DNA of 64,000 bases from assembly GCA_002269645.1 (NCBI GenBank), contig NIVC01000023.1, positions 868,001 to 932,000 of the forward strand. The letters run 5' to 3'. Position numbers and translations under genes: made by a program. Of this stretch, positions 36,901-48,919 are shown one piece after another. The number at the start of each line of letters is the position of its first letter. The stretch's first letter is position 1. Below the pieces are notes generated by a model that saw nothing but the letters and a program-made list of their open reading frames with translations, ran no database searches and had not been told where the DNA came from. Source of the stretch: Macrostomum lignano. Lineage: Eukaryota.

Positions 36901-39900
36901 CTTGCAGTCAGTTCAAGCTCAGCGATGACTGAACCCTGACGCAAGGCAGTCAGATTGCAGCCATAGATGGCCAGTTCGAACTGAGGCTGGCCGGAACTTC
37001 GAATCGTTCTGAGCACCTGTCAGGTTTGCGATTATTTTGACGTCATTGAATTTCAGTTTTTTTGGAGCGCCAGTCTAAACAAAATGGCCTACGAGCTAGA
37101 ACACTGTCACTGCCTATTGGACCACCGCATTGAACCCCCAGAACTGAAATTCCCTAGGAACTGAAATTCCCTAGGAACTGAAATTCCCTAGGAACTGAAA
37201 TTCCCTAGGAACTGAAATTCCCTAGGAACTGAAATTCCCTAGGAACTGAAATTCCCTAGGAACTGAAATTCCCTAGGAACTGAAATTCCCTAGGAACTGA
37301 AATTCCCTAGGAACTGAAATTCCCTAGGAACTGAAATTCCCTAGGAACTGAAATTCCCTAGGAACTGAAATTCCCTAGGAACTGAAATTCCCTAGGAACT
37401 GAAATTCCCTAGGAACTGAAATTCCCTAGGAACTGAAATTCCCTAGGAACTGAAATTCCCTAGGAACTGAAATTCCCTAGGAACTGAAATTCCCTAGGAA
37501 CTGAAATTTCCCTAGAAACTAAAATTCCCTCGGAACTACAATTCCCTCGGAACTAAAATTCCCTAGGAACTGAAATTCCCTCGGAACTGAAATTTCCCCA
37601 GGAACTGAAATCCCACCGGAAATGATATTCTTAAAGAACTGAAACCCCCCTGGAACTAAAATCCCGTGGAATGTACTTTTAAATAAACTTAAAAACGATA
37701 GGCCTACCTGATCGCACAGAAGTTTGCCCAATCTTCGGCTCTCCTCAGAGTGCAGCTCGCCATGAAGTGTCGCATTCCAGACCAGAGGCTGACCAGCCTC
37801 ATCATTAACCAGCATGGTTAAATTGTACCAGCGTTCAACTGTAGGTAAGTGCAGACAGGTAAAATTGAAGCAGTTTCAATAAAAAAACTTACTCAGTTTG
37901 ACGAAATAGGAAAAGTGCTAAATGACTAATAATTTAATTGACTTACTATCAGTGCACAGATCGCCAACAAAACCCGGCTGACAGCTGCAAACTCGACTGC
38001 CGTTCTTTTCAGATGACGAGCATAGACCATTGTTGCTGCAGAAGTCTTTGTCGCAGGCAGAACGTCCAGCTAAGGTTGAAGTCAGCACTGCAGAAGTCGA
38101 TACTGCAGTTTTGCGATCAGGTACAGCAGTTGTGTCCACTCGAGCAGCAGTTGAATCCTCAGATGCAGCAGTTGTGTCCGCCGGTGCAGCAGTTGGGTCC
38201 GCCGGTGCAGCAGTTGTGTCCTCCCGTTTAGCAGTTGTGTCCGCTGGTGCAGCAGTAGTGTCCACCAGTGCTGCAGTTGTGTCTTCAGGTATAGCAGTTG
38301 TGTCCACCGGTGCAGCAGTTGTGTCCGCTGGTGCAGCAGTTGTGTCCACCGGTGCAGCAGTTGTGTCCACTGGTGCAGCAGTAGTGTCCACCAGTGCTGC
38401 AGTTGTGTCTTCAGGTATAGCAGTTGTGTCCACCGGTGCAGCAGTTGTGTCCGCTGGTGCAGCAGTTGTGTCTTCAGCTACAGCAGTTGTGTCCTTAGGT
38501 ACAGCAGTTGTGTCCACTGGTGCAGCAGTAGTGTCCACCAGTGCTGCAGTTGTGTCTTCAGGTATAGCAGTTGTGTCCACCGGTGCAGCAGTTGTGTCAA
38601 CCGGTGCAGCAGTTGTGTCAACCGGTGCAGCAGTTGTGTCCACCGGTGCAGCAGTTGTGTCCTCAGGTGCTGCAGTGGTGTCCACCTGTGCAGCAGTTGT
38701 GTCCACCGGTACAGCAGTTGTGTCCTCCGGTGCAGCAGTTGTGTCCTTAGGTACAGCAGTTTTGTCCACGGTTGCAGCCGTTGTGTCCACCAGTGAAGCA
38801 GTTGTGTCCACCGGTGCAGCAGTTGTGTCCTCAGGTGCTGCAGTGGTGTCCACCTGTGCAGCAGTTGTGTCCACCGGTGAAGCAGTTGTGTCCATCGGTG
38901 CAGCAGTTGTGTCCTTAGGTACAGCAGTTTTGTCCACGGTTGCAGCCGTTGTGTCCACCAGTGAAGCAGTTGTGTCCATCGGTGCAGCAGTTGTGTCTTT
39001 AGCTACAGCAGTTGTGTCCTTAGGTACAGCAGTTGTGTTCTCAGGTGCAGCAGTGGTGTCCACCGATGCAGCAGTGGTGTCCGCTGGTGCAGCAGTTGTG
39101 TCCACCAGTGCAGCAGTTGTGTCCACCAGTGAAGCAGTTGTGTCCATCGGTGCAGCAGTTGTGTCTTTAGCTACAGCAGTTGTGTCCTTAGGTACAGCAG
39201 TTGTGTCCTCAGGTGCAGCAGTTGTGTCTTCAGGTGCAGCAGTGGTGTCCGTAGGTACAGCAGTGGTGTCCACCGATGCAGCAGTGGTGTCCTTAGGTAC
39301 AGCAGTTGTGTCCGCTGGTGCAGCAGTTGTGACAACCGGTGCAGTAGTTGTGTTCTCAGGTGCAGCAGTGGTGTCCACCGATGCAGCAGTGGTGTCCTTA
39401 GGTAACGCAGTGGTGTCCGCTGGTGCAGCAGTTGTGTCCACCAGTGCAGCAGTTGTGTCCACCGGTGCAGCAGTTGTGTCTTCAGGTGCAGCAGTGGTGT
39501 CCGTAGGTACAGCAGTTGTGTCCTCCGGTGCAGCAGTTGTGTCCACTGGTGCAGCAGTAGTGTCCACCAGTGCTGCAGTTGTGTCTTCAGGTATAGCAGT
39601 TGTGTCCACCGGTGCAGCAGTTGTGTCCGCTGGTGCAGCAGTTGTGTCTTCAGCTACAGCAGTTGTGTCCTTAGGTACAGCAGTTGTGTCATCAGGTACA
39701 GCAGTGGTGTCGCCTGGTGCAGCAGTTGTGTCCACCGGTGCAGCAGTTGTGTCCACCGGTGCAGCAGTTGTGTCAACCGGTGCAGCAGTTGTGTCAACCG
39801 GTGCAGCAGTTGTGTCCACCGGTGCAGCAGTTGTGTCCACCGGTGCAGCAGTTGTGTCAACCGGTGCAGCAGTTGTGTCCACCGGTGCAGCAGTTGTGTC

Positions 39901-41020
39901 CTCAGGTGCTGCAGTGGTGTCCACCTGTGCAGCAGTTGTGTCCACCGGTACAGCAGTTGTGTCCTCCGGTGCAGCAGTTGTGTCCTTAGGTACAGCAGTT
40001 TTGTCCACGGTTGCAGCCGTTGTGTCCACCAGTGAAGCAGTTGTGTCCACCGGTGCAGCAGTTGTGTCCTCAGGTGCTGCAGTGGTGTCCACCTGTGCAG
40101 CAGTTGTGTCCACCGGTACAGCAGTTGTGTCCTCCGGTGCAGCAGTTGTGTCCTTAGGTACAGCAGTTTTGTCCACGGTTGCAGCCGTTGTGTCCACCAG
40201 TGAAGCAGTTGTGTCCATCGGTGCAGCAGTTGTGTCTTTAGCTACAGCAGTTGTGTCCTTAGGTACAGCAGTTGTGTTCTCAGGTGCAGCAGTGGTGTCC
40301 ACCGATGCAGCAGTGGTGTCCGCTGGTGCAGCAGTTGTGTCCACCAGTGCAGCAGTTGTGTCCACCAGTGAAGCAGTTGTGTCCATCGGTGCAGCAGTTG
40401 TGTCTTTAGCTACAGCAGTTGTGTCCTTAGGTACAGCAGTTGTGTCCTTAGGTACAGCAGTTGTGTCCTCAGGTGCAGCAGTTGTGTCTTCAGGTGCAGC
40501 AGTGGTGTCCGTAGGTACAGCAGTTGTGTCCACCGGCACAGCAGTGGTGTCCACCGATGCAGCAATGGTGTCCTTAGGTACAGCAGTTGTGTCTGCTGGT
40601 GCAGCAGTTGTGACAACCGGTGCAGTAGTTGTGTTCTCAGGTGCAGCAGTGGTGTCCACCGATGCAGAAGTTGTTTCTTTTGGTGAAGCTGTGGTGTCCG
40701 CTGGTGCAGCAGTTGTGTCCTCGGGTTTAGATGTAACGTCTACTGGTGAAGCAGTTGTGATCACCAGCGCCGCATTTCTGTTCACCGGTACAACAGTTGT
40801 GTCCACTGGTGCAGTAGTGGTGTTCACCGATGTAGTTACTTGGGCGTTGGTCACTTTTCTACCTATACAGAAATGAATGTTTTTAATTACGCAATGATGA
40901 TTTTTTTGATGAACTGGTAGCTTTGATTGGAATTTGAATGCTGAACAAAAAAATAGCAAAAAATGAAACTGGCTTACCCAAAATCATGGATGCTATAGCA
41001 AACAATACAAATAGTTTCAT
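33642..41020 (-). CDS. Membrane-tethered mucin: signal peptide, PTS repeats, EGF, SEA, EGF, EGF, TM, cytoplasmic tail (~1,300-1,400 aa)
   Basis: Exons: 41020-40978 (MKLFVLFAIASMILG, phase 1); 40862-37947 (2916 nt, ~125 DTTAAP(V/E/A) heptads then EGF CDKDFCSNNGLC...CSCQPGFVGDLC); 37838-37708 and 37016-~36782 (SEA, with LRQGSVIA); ~35075/35053-34467 (two EGFs, TM VIGLSIAFCLLLLVAIAAIVFAVLA); and ~33722-33642. The exon 4/5 junction and the last exon(s) are ambiguous; an alternative 3' path runs ~33715-33617 then 33534-33472. Confidence 0.85.
33748..34443. repeat. Compound intronic array: (CAGA)n (33748-33901) abutting a 21-bp minisatellite (CACGAATCGGAGTGACAGACA)
   Basis: Seen directly; the 21-mer ends in GACAGACA, the microsatellite motif. 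Confidence 0.97.
35293..36742. repeat. 21-bp intronic minisatellite (GGCGCCGCAGACACTCATTTT)
   Basis: About 69 units with GGTGCT/GGTGCC variants and occasional 19- or 22-bp units. Confidence 0.98.
37140..37620. repeat. 17-bp intronic minisatellite (GGAACTGAAATTCCCTA) between the two SEA exons
   Basis: Near-perfect period 17, degenerate after ~37500. Confidence 0.97.
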
Positions 41021-41384
41021 TTTTTAGTTTGGTTGGTTATCGCAAGATACGTTAATGAAAGCTATGTTTGCAATGAATCGAATGAATAGTCAGATATAAA
41101 CTTACTTCTATCTGGAGTCTAAATGTGTAGATATCTACATATATATATATATATATATATAACCATATATATATATATGGGCTTCTTGATCCCCACGTGC
41201 CCGTCATTTAATACCTTTTACGGCCGTTCGCATGTTGCTCAAGGTGAGACACGTTGAGGCTGCATTCGTGCCAGCTATAATTAGTCTATAGCATATTTAA
41301 CGCAGGATTGCCTGCTCAGATACCAGTATCAGACAGTGGGTAAGACACGCACTTTGTCTTCATTAATGATTTATTGCAGTCCAA

Positions 41385-42016
41385 CTGTGGCTAATGCAGT
41401 CCCACTGTGGCTAATGCAGTCCCACTGTGTCTCTAATGCAGTCCCACTGTGTCTCTAACACAGTCCCACTGTGTCTCTAACACAGTCCTACTGTCTCTAA
41501 CACAGTCCCACTGTGTCTCTAATGCAGTCCCACTGTGTCTCTAACACAGTCCCACTGTGTCTCTAACACAGTCCCACTGTGTCTCTAACACAGTCCCACT
41601 GTGTCTCTAACACAGTCCCACTGTGTCTCTAATGCAGTCCCACTGTGTCTCTAACACAGTCCCACTGTCTCTAATGCAGTCCCACTGTGTCTCTAACACA
41701 GTCCCACTGTGTCTCTAATGCAGTCCCACTGTGTCTCTAACACAGTCCCACTGTGTCTCTAACACAGTCCCACTGTGTCTCTAATGCAGTCCCACTGTGT
41801 CTCTAACACAGTCCCACTGTGTCTCTAACACAGTCCCACTGTGTCTCTAATGCAGTCCCACTGTGTCTCTAACACAGTCCCACTGTGTCTCTAACACAGT
41901 CCCACAGTGTCTCTAACACAGTCCCACTGTGTCTCTAACACAGTCCCACTGTGTCTCTAACACAGTCCCACTGTGTCTCTAACACAGTTTTGCTGTGTCT
42001 AATGCAGTCCTACTGT
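41385..42016. repeat. 22-bp minisatellite, inverted copy of the 25.5-26.5 kb family
   Basis: Units TAATGCAGTCCCACTGTGTCTC and TAACACAGTCCCACTGTGTCTC are the reverse complement of the 25.5 kb unit. Confidence 0.96.
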
Positions 42017-43639
42017 CCCTCGAATGCGGTCTTAGGCTTGTGCAGAATTCATACAACGTTGGCTGAAAAACAGGCCATCTATAACTGTACATGGGGATGT
42101 ACATGCAACTGGGAGCAATAATTTGGCGTATTTGAATATTTTTTCGTCATCAAATTATTTAAAGCATGATTTTCTTTTGGCCTGAAGAAGTCAGTTATAC
42201 ACGAAAAAACAAATAACAGAAAAAGAAATTCTTTCATAAATGATTTCTTATTTTTGAGCAGCAAGTAATTAACTCGGATAAATGTTTTACTAATAATAAA
42301 TAATAGCTCTTTTAGATTTTTGCAATAAATATTAAAGATTGTAGCGACTACGTTAACTAGTAACTAGCTCGGTCATTTGCTACTATAAAAATAAAATATT
42401 ATTTTAGCTTACATGTACACCACAAATCTCACAAGCTTAAACAGCTGAAACATTATTTTCATCGTCGAATTTGTTAAAATAATAAATTTCGAGCCAGCAG
42501 CAAAAGTGAAAAGTCATTGTTCCTAAAAATAGAAAAAATGAGACTCCAAAAGTGTGGTCATCCAGTTGAACTTGGTAGAAAAAAACACACCAGACTTCCA
42601 GCAATACAGCCGTAAAATTCAAGCAGGTCTGTAATTAATTACTGACTGTCTTCTGCATGACAAAAAGGTCAAATAGAATTTTCCATTGCCCTATGCTTAA
42701 ACAAACTTTAAAAAGCACTTTTACGAGAGCCAAAGAGCATTCGAAGGAGTCGCTGAAATCATAAGCTTTGTGCAAGTATCACAGATACAAAAATAACTAG
42801 ATGGGCCACTCAGGCATATATACTTAGTAAAACAGATTTCTACTTTCAGTTCAGTAGAAAAGAGGAATACACAAGCTATTGTATAAAAGTAAAGGCAGCT
42901 GAAATTACTTTATAAGTTTAGAAGCCCAAGCTAGCAGGCGTAAACAACTTGCTAATTGGTTCAGCAATAATGTACATTGGCCAGTCTACTGAAATGTACA
43001 TGGCTGCTTTAGGCTGGAATTCCGAGAAAGGCAATAAAAATTGGGGTGGGGCTGGGGGTAGTGTGGGGAGGCGCGGTTGGAGGGTTTAAGGCTGGGGGTA
43101 AGAGCCAATTAGCCTTGGCTTTCAAAATACATTAAAAAGCTACAGTTTAACTTACTACTGAACTGAAGTAGCTTACACGAAAATGTGCTGAGTGGCCCAT
43201 ATACTTATTCTAGTATCTGTGGCAAGGATAAAAAATAACAATAAACAGAATAAGTACAAGTATAAGTCTACCAATAAAGTACAAAAAGGAATAATAAAGT
43301 ATGCGCGTCTATGTAATTTTGTAGCGAAGAATCCATGCGAAGAACGCATTAGCACAAGAGCCGCGCACGAGCAGTGGCACACAGACGGGCATAAACGCGT
43401 AGATTTTCTAACTTTAAACTTTAAATTTGAAAAACAAAGTTCAAATAAATGGCCCCAAGTGGAGTGTAAAACTTTAGTTGATAAAGTTAACTGATATATA
43501 CTTTTCAGCACAAGTCAAAATTGAATTGTTAAGTTATGGTACAAAAACTTTAAGTCGAAAGTTAACTAATATAAAAAATCAAGTACGACAAAATGTCACG
43601 TCAAGGCGCTGGCCGGATGCTGCTGGTGAATACGTACAA

Positions 43640-44525
43640 TACTAACTAACAACAACGACAAAACCAAACGTGGGACAATGTCGCAGACCGCGTTTCAAGG
43701 CGAACGTCGGCCGCACCGCCGGCTGTGTCTGGCAGTCGACGAAACGCCGAGTGCGCGCCTGAACCGCCGGTAGGGCGCCTGCAGCGTCAGCAGCAGCACC
43801 TCCTGCACCGGCTGCGGGCAGTACGACTCGGCTCGGATGATGTGGCCTGCCAGCTGGAGTCGCCGACGGCGCAACAGGTCGCTTGGACGGACCAGGCTGG
43901 CGCGGTGATACAAAGCCGCGTTGGTCACTCGCTCGTAGCCGATCTTGAAGGCGGCGCGCAGCAGGCCAGCGTGCGCCGCGTGAACTTGATGCTCGAGCGA
44001 CTCCGTCAGCATCCAGGTCTCGGCGTTGTACAGCAGGACAGCCTGGAACAACGCCGCCCTTTGGCGGTCAGGTAAGGCCTCGGACTGCAGGACTGCCCTC
44101 ACAGAACGAAAAGCAGCCCAGGCAAGCCCGCGGCGACGCCGCAAATCCTCGCGGACGCCGGGAACCAGACCGCCGAGGTAGACGAACTGCTGACAGCGCA
44201 GAAGCTTCGTCACCTGCCCGTCAGCGCTTCGGGAAAAAATAGCAGCCTCGATGTCGTCCGACATGCAGAACACAACGGTCTTCTGCGTGGTGACCACTAG
44301 GCCGACACTCGCCGAAAAGCTGGCCAGCTGGTCCAACTGGCGCTGGGTGCCCTCGACGGTCGAGGACAGCGGGACGAGATTGTCGACGTAGCCAAGCACG
44401 TTAAGCCGCCTCTCCGGTTGGCGTCGACCCATGCGTCGCTGCAGCAGGAAGCCGTCGTCGTTAGAATGAAGGGCAGTCTGCAGCATCCAGTCAAGCACCA
44501 GGACGAACAGGAATGGCGCAAACAA
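43640..44525 (-). mobile_element. 5'-truncated, decayed non-LTR retrotransposon (RTE-like): reverse transcriptase C-terminal half
   Basis: APFLFVLVLDW (RT motif B region), LGYVDNL in place of YADD, GLVVTTQKT (GL.VN..KT) and FVYLG are present, followed by RTE-like LLYNAETW and LRRRRLQLAGHIIR. The catalytic motif is mutated. Confidence 0.88.
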
Positions 44526-44629
44526 ACGATCTCCCTGAAGTACCTCCGACCAGAGACCAGCTGATGCGAATATACGAGATGACGCGATTATACGAATATT
44601 TTTTAAACTATTTGAAACTGTTAACGCCG

Positions 44630-45868
44630 TTAAAAATGTGGCATCTCAGGCGGAGAAGGATTATCGGTAATAACAACGGGCAAAGTTGTCTGCTCAGCCA
44701 ATACTGGGCGCAAATTATCTCTGACAGGCTGTCTCTGGGTAGACGAATCCATGGTATCCATAGTACGCCTGTGTACTGGGTCGGAGCTTGGATTTCTAAA
44801 AACCCGACCGGAAGGAGCCCTGATGGATGATCTGGCGCCGGCTTCGCCATCCGATCTGGAACCCAGATCTTCGTGTAGAGAGCCGCAATCAAAAGACGAG
44901 TTACCGGAGCTTCCATTGGCTAAATTGTTAGAGAATGCTTCACTGCAATGGACTGACACGTTGCTAACAGCAGCACTGGCTCCGTTTGGGCTGGAGCTAT
45001 TGCTTCTGACTGGTGTAGCGACAGCAGCTTCCACGACGCTTGAATGTGAAGATGACCCGTGAACTTCACCGGAATCTTCTGGGCTTTCTCGAATTGACGA
45101 AGCTCGTTCTAATGGTGGCGTAGGCTCCTGGTGAACGTCAGCATTGATGGACAAGGTTTGGTGTCCGCTGACAGACGTGGGAACCGATACAAAAGGCTCA
45201 ACAACTGAAGCTTCGTCATTCATGGACTCGGAGTCTGAATTACGTACGAGCTCCAAGTCATTATTGGTCGGGACGTTCAAAACCGTAGTTTGATCATTTT
45301 TAGCTTGTGACTTTTCTTCTTCGTTGAATTTCGTATCAGTAAACGGATTAAGAGGAATGCCAGCTTCGTTATCGCTTGCCCTACGTGTCTTCTTAGACTT
45401 AAATCTCTTACACAAGAGACAAACAATTATGACTACAATAGCAATACCGGGCACAATTCCAATTAGACAGATCACAGGTATCTGCCACGAAAGACTACTG
45501 TTATTCAATGTAGATGTAACTGTTGTCTGAGATGCAACTGTTGTCTGAGATGTAACAGTTGGCTGAGGTGTAGATACTGACTGTGACTGCATTTGAACTA
45601 ATGGAGACCTACGAAAAAATTCTGTGCACTGCATTGACTCATTGATTTTCTTGCACTTCGAGTAATCAACTGGTTTTATAGGGTCGCTGCAACGACTCTC
45701 GATGGTTGAGCATGGCTCGCAAGTGCAGCCAAGCTCTATGTATTGAATAGTAGAGTTGCATACAATTTTGCAGCTTGGATCGATTGCATAGCCAATAACG
45801 CTCTTTGTAAAGATTGTTATTATAAAGCAGAGGTAGAAGAAAACCCGGATTATTAATTGTAACTTCAT
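44630..45868 (-). CDS. Type I membrane protein with one 8-Cys extracellular domain (TNF-receptor-like), 412 aa, single exon
   Basis: Signal peptide MKLQLIIRVFFYLCFIITIFTKSVIG; Cys-rich CKIVC...GCTCEPC...RC...KC...QCTEFF; Ser/Thr stalk; TM IPVICLIGIVPGIAIVVIIVCLLC followed by KRFKSKK; ~260-aa Ser-rich tail. The topology is clear; the TNFR assignment is inference. Confidence 0.7.
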   Translation of the reverse strand: MKLQLIIRVFFYLCFIITIFTKSVIGYAIDPSCKIVCNSTIQYIELGCTCEPCSTIESRCSDPIKPVDYSKCKKINESMQCTEFFRRSPLVQMQSQSVSTPQPTVTSQTTVASQTTVTSTLNNSSLSWQIPVICLIGIVPGIAIVVIIVCLLCKRFKSKKTRRASDNEAGIPLNPFTDTKFNEEEKSQAKNDQTTVLNVPTNNDLELVRNSDSESMNDEASVVEPFVSVPTSVSGHQTLSINADVHQEPTPPLERASSIRESPEDSGEVHGSSSHSSVVEAAVATPVRSNSSSPNGASAAVSNVSVHCSEAFSNNLANGSSGNSSFDCGSLHEDLGSRSDGEAGARSSIRAPSGRVFRNPSSDPVHRRTMDTMDSSTQRQPVRDNLRPVLAEQTTLPVVITDNPSPPEMPHF

Positions 45869-46451
45869 TAGAAAATTCCTTATCAGAAATATAGGAATTA
45901 GATGTGTGCTTAATATTTTATCTAAGCAGAAAGTTGATATAGATGTACATAACAGAGTCTACAGAGGCACTAGCAAAATAATTTAACCTAGAAACTGGAC
46001 TTTGTTATATCTATATGCATCTATAGAACTTCTATAGTTTTGAAATGTTAATTTTTTATTACAAGATCAATCACAATTATGCCAAGAAAAATATTCCTTG
46101 CTTTGGAATTTTATAAATAGACATTTTTAATATTTGAATCAGTATAGTGAATAAAGAACAATACAAAATGCCACGGCTTTATACTCCTAGCCTTAAGGTT
46201 ATAATGGCTATAATTCTAAATAACTATATGCAAATAATAGCTTAGACTTAAAAGTAACAAAACTTAGTAGCTTGTATAATTGTTTGATTAAAAAATTACA
46301 AGCCTTTAATAATACATTATGTTATTATCTTTAATTAAATAGGATATATAGCCAAACATCCTTATATAGGCTCAGCCTCTAAAAATCATTTACATTATAT
46401 CTTTAAATAGGAATTTGTGACAATAAGTGCATAAAATTGCACTATAAGTAT

Positions 46452-46698
46452 TATACATGCACAACCTCCGGCCATGCGACTTACATGTAAAAAAACCCTA
46501 AAGCAAAATTAACGCAACTTTAAGTAAACGGCAAGAGTAACTATAACTGTCTTATAAGGCTACAATGCTTCGTCAGCTACTTAGTACTACTACTTGGTTA
46601 TTTTTTGGGTGGGCATTTTTGCAAATTCCTTGGTTGGCCACCAAATTGGTTGGCCAGATTGGCTGACTCGGCCAACTCCCAAGTGTTGCGCATGTATT
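46452..46698 (-). mobile_element. Older, diverged copy of the 21321-21619 MITE in opposite orientation
   Basis: Reverse complement aligns along its length to 21321-21619, with an internal deletion near one end. TIR remnants ATACATGCACAAC and GTTGCGCATGTAT; 28S-like segment at 46522-46585. Confidence 0.9.
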
Positions 46699-47899
46699 TA
46701 TGTCATTTTAAATCATATCAAATAGAATTTTTATATATCTTGTAAGTTCTTTTTGGGAATATAAATAAATTCTGCAGTTGCTAGGTAACCTAGAAAATAC
46801 AATAATTACTACATAGACAATTTGTGCTTCTTGAAAGAAAGCAAACTTATTGATAAATCCATGTTTTCAAAAACAAGCCTAATTTTGCATAGAAATATTG
46901 ATTTGAATAGGCTCTTTCTAATGAAACTAGAAAACTAGAAGCATTGCCATCATTAACTAGGCTTATTTAGCTTTTTTCAATAATTATCATTTTTGTAGCC
47001 GTAGGTCCATAATAGAGCAACATTAAACATATAAAGCATATTATTAATATTACAAGTACACATAGTAGAAGCCTAGGCAAAGATACTTGTAATATTACAA
47101 GTACACATAGTAGAAGCCTAGGCAAAGAATATAGTCTTGTTTACACATTAGTCATGGGCCTTAAATGTAGTAATATGGGCTAGGCTTAAACGAATTTATC
47201 TAATTGTCTATTTATCTAATCTAATTGTAGATTAAACAGGAGGCACTTTCATTTTGAATGCTATGCCATTGTTAGATATGTTGGATTTTTGTCATCTAAA
47301 AAGCAGGACAAAAAAGTGAAATATGTTGAAATAAAAATGCTTCGGCCAAGAAATGACAATAAACATGATTATTCGTTGAGAATGCAAAAGATCATGACTA
47401 AAAAACAAAAAAGTAAAAGCTCTAGTCAAAGTCAAGTGACAAGTCAAAGACAGTCAATAACAGAAAATAAAAGCTATAAAAGTAAAGTTTAAGGTATTAA
47501 TTGGCAGCTTTATAAATTAAATCATTCAAAATCTATCAAGAAACACAGATGAAAAAAACTACTTGGCTCTTGGCTTCTAACATGGAACTAAAAAATCTGC
47601 TTCAGTATAAGGTAGTACCGAGTATGGCACGAAAATTGAAATTTTCTACTACATTTTGGGCCATTTTTGGCAGCAAATGACAAGTAAAAAGTTCATATTA
47701 TTTTAGAAGTAAAAAAATAACTATCTACAGGTCTAAATTTACTGTAACAAATTTGCGCTTGTACTACCGTCAAGTATGGATGATTTTTGTTAAAGATATT
47801 AATTGTTGCAGACACCGTTAGCAATCACTTGTTCTTTTTATTGCCGATAGCATTGAACGACTGAAATACCTTTTTTATGTGTTATCTGCAGATGCTAGG

Positions 47900-47947
47900 A
47901 ATTAATTAGAAGAGAGAAAGAGAGAGAGAGAGCGAGAGGAAGAGAGT

Positions 47948-47997
<50 letters not shown>
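47900..47997. repeat. (GA)n microsatellite
   Basis: Seen directly. Confidence 0.97.
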
Positions 47998-47998
<1 letters not shown>

Positions 47999-48919
47999 AA
48001 AACAAAATAGATAGTATTATTGGTACTTTAACTAGGCTATTTATTTGCATTTAATTTATTCTCAAATAGATAAAAATTTGACACCAATCAAGCTGCTGAC
48101 AATGAAAGTAAAATATACAATATATAATAACATAACAGGCAGCTAAAAGTTTGAAATTTGAACAATATAATACGTGGTGTATAAAATAGTTATAGCATTA
48201 CTGTAAACTACCCTAGTCGACCGAAATTACAAGAAATTGTCGAAAATTGCAATCTACTTGCCGAAATTGTACAATAATTGCCAATTGCGTGCACGTCAAT
48301 TGCAATTTTGGATAAGCTGATTACAATCGAAATTGCAATTTTAGCAATTTTGCACACGCGGATTGTAAGTTTTGCAATTTAGACCAATTAAATTGTAATT
48401 TATGCAATTTCTGGCGCAATCCGATTGCAATTACTTTCGGTGGATAGACACACAGTTTACTCTGAGTAGCATGTATGGCTTTTGCCGATGTTATGAATTT
48501 TTAGATTAGAAAATTAATGTAAGGAAGACGATAAACACATGAGAGGATGTTTTTCTGACCAGACTCGATTACTATTGGGCAGTTTATAATGTACAATTAG
48601 TACAATATGCACGATTGCATTCCATTATTATATTTATATAACACCCAAATTAAAGCTGCACAGAAAGTGAAACGTTAAAAGTCATTAAAATTGAAATTTG
48701 AGTACACACAAAATGTTTTCTCGTATTTTTACCTTTTTCTAACATCCAACAGTCAACAAAAAATCAAACAAGATACACAACTAGCAAGCAATAAGCGAAT
48801 TATTGTATGGCGATTGGTTCAAGTGATCTATATTTTGAAAACGATCCGCGACAGATACAATTCTTAGTAGTGCTTACTCAGTTTTAACAGTTCCTACTCA
48901 GCTTTAAGTCATCCCAAAT

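Noticed and set aside
38030-40876. 948-aa plus-strand AAVVS-repeat ORF
   Set aside because: Antisense shadow of the mucin PTS exon; the minus frame has the splice sites, signal exon and EGF domain.
44513-44830. 105-aa plus-strand ORF at the LINE / TNFR-like junction
   Set aside because: Overlaps the antisense of both features and has no independent coding signal.
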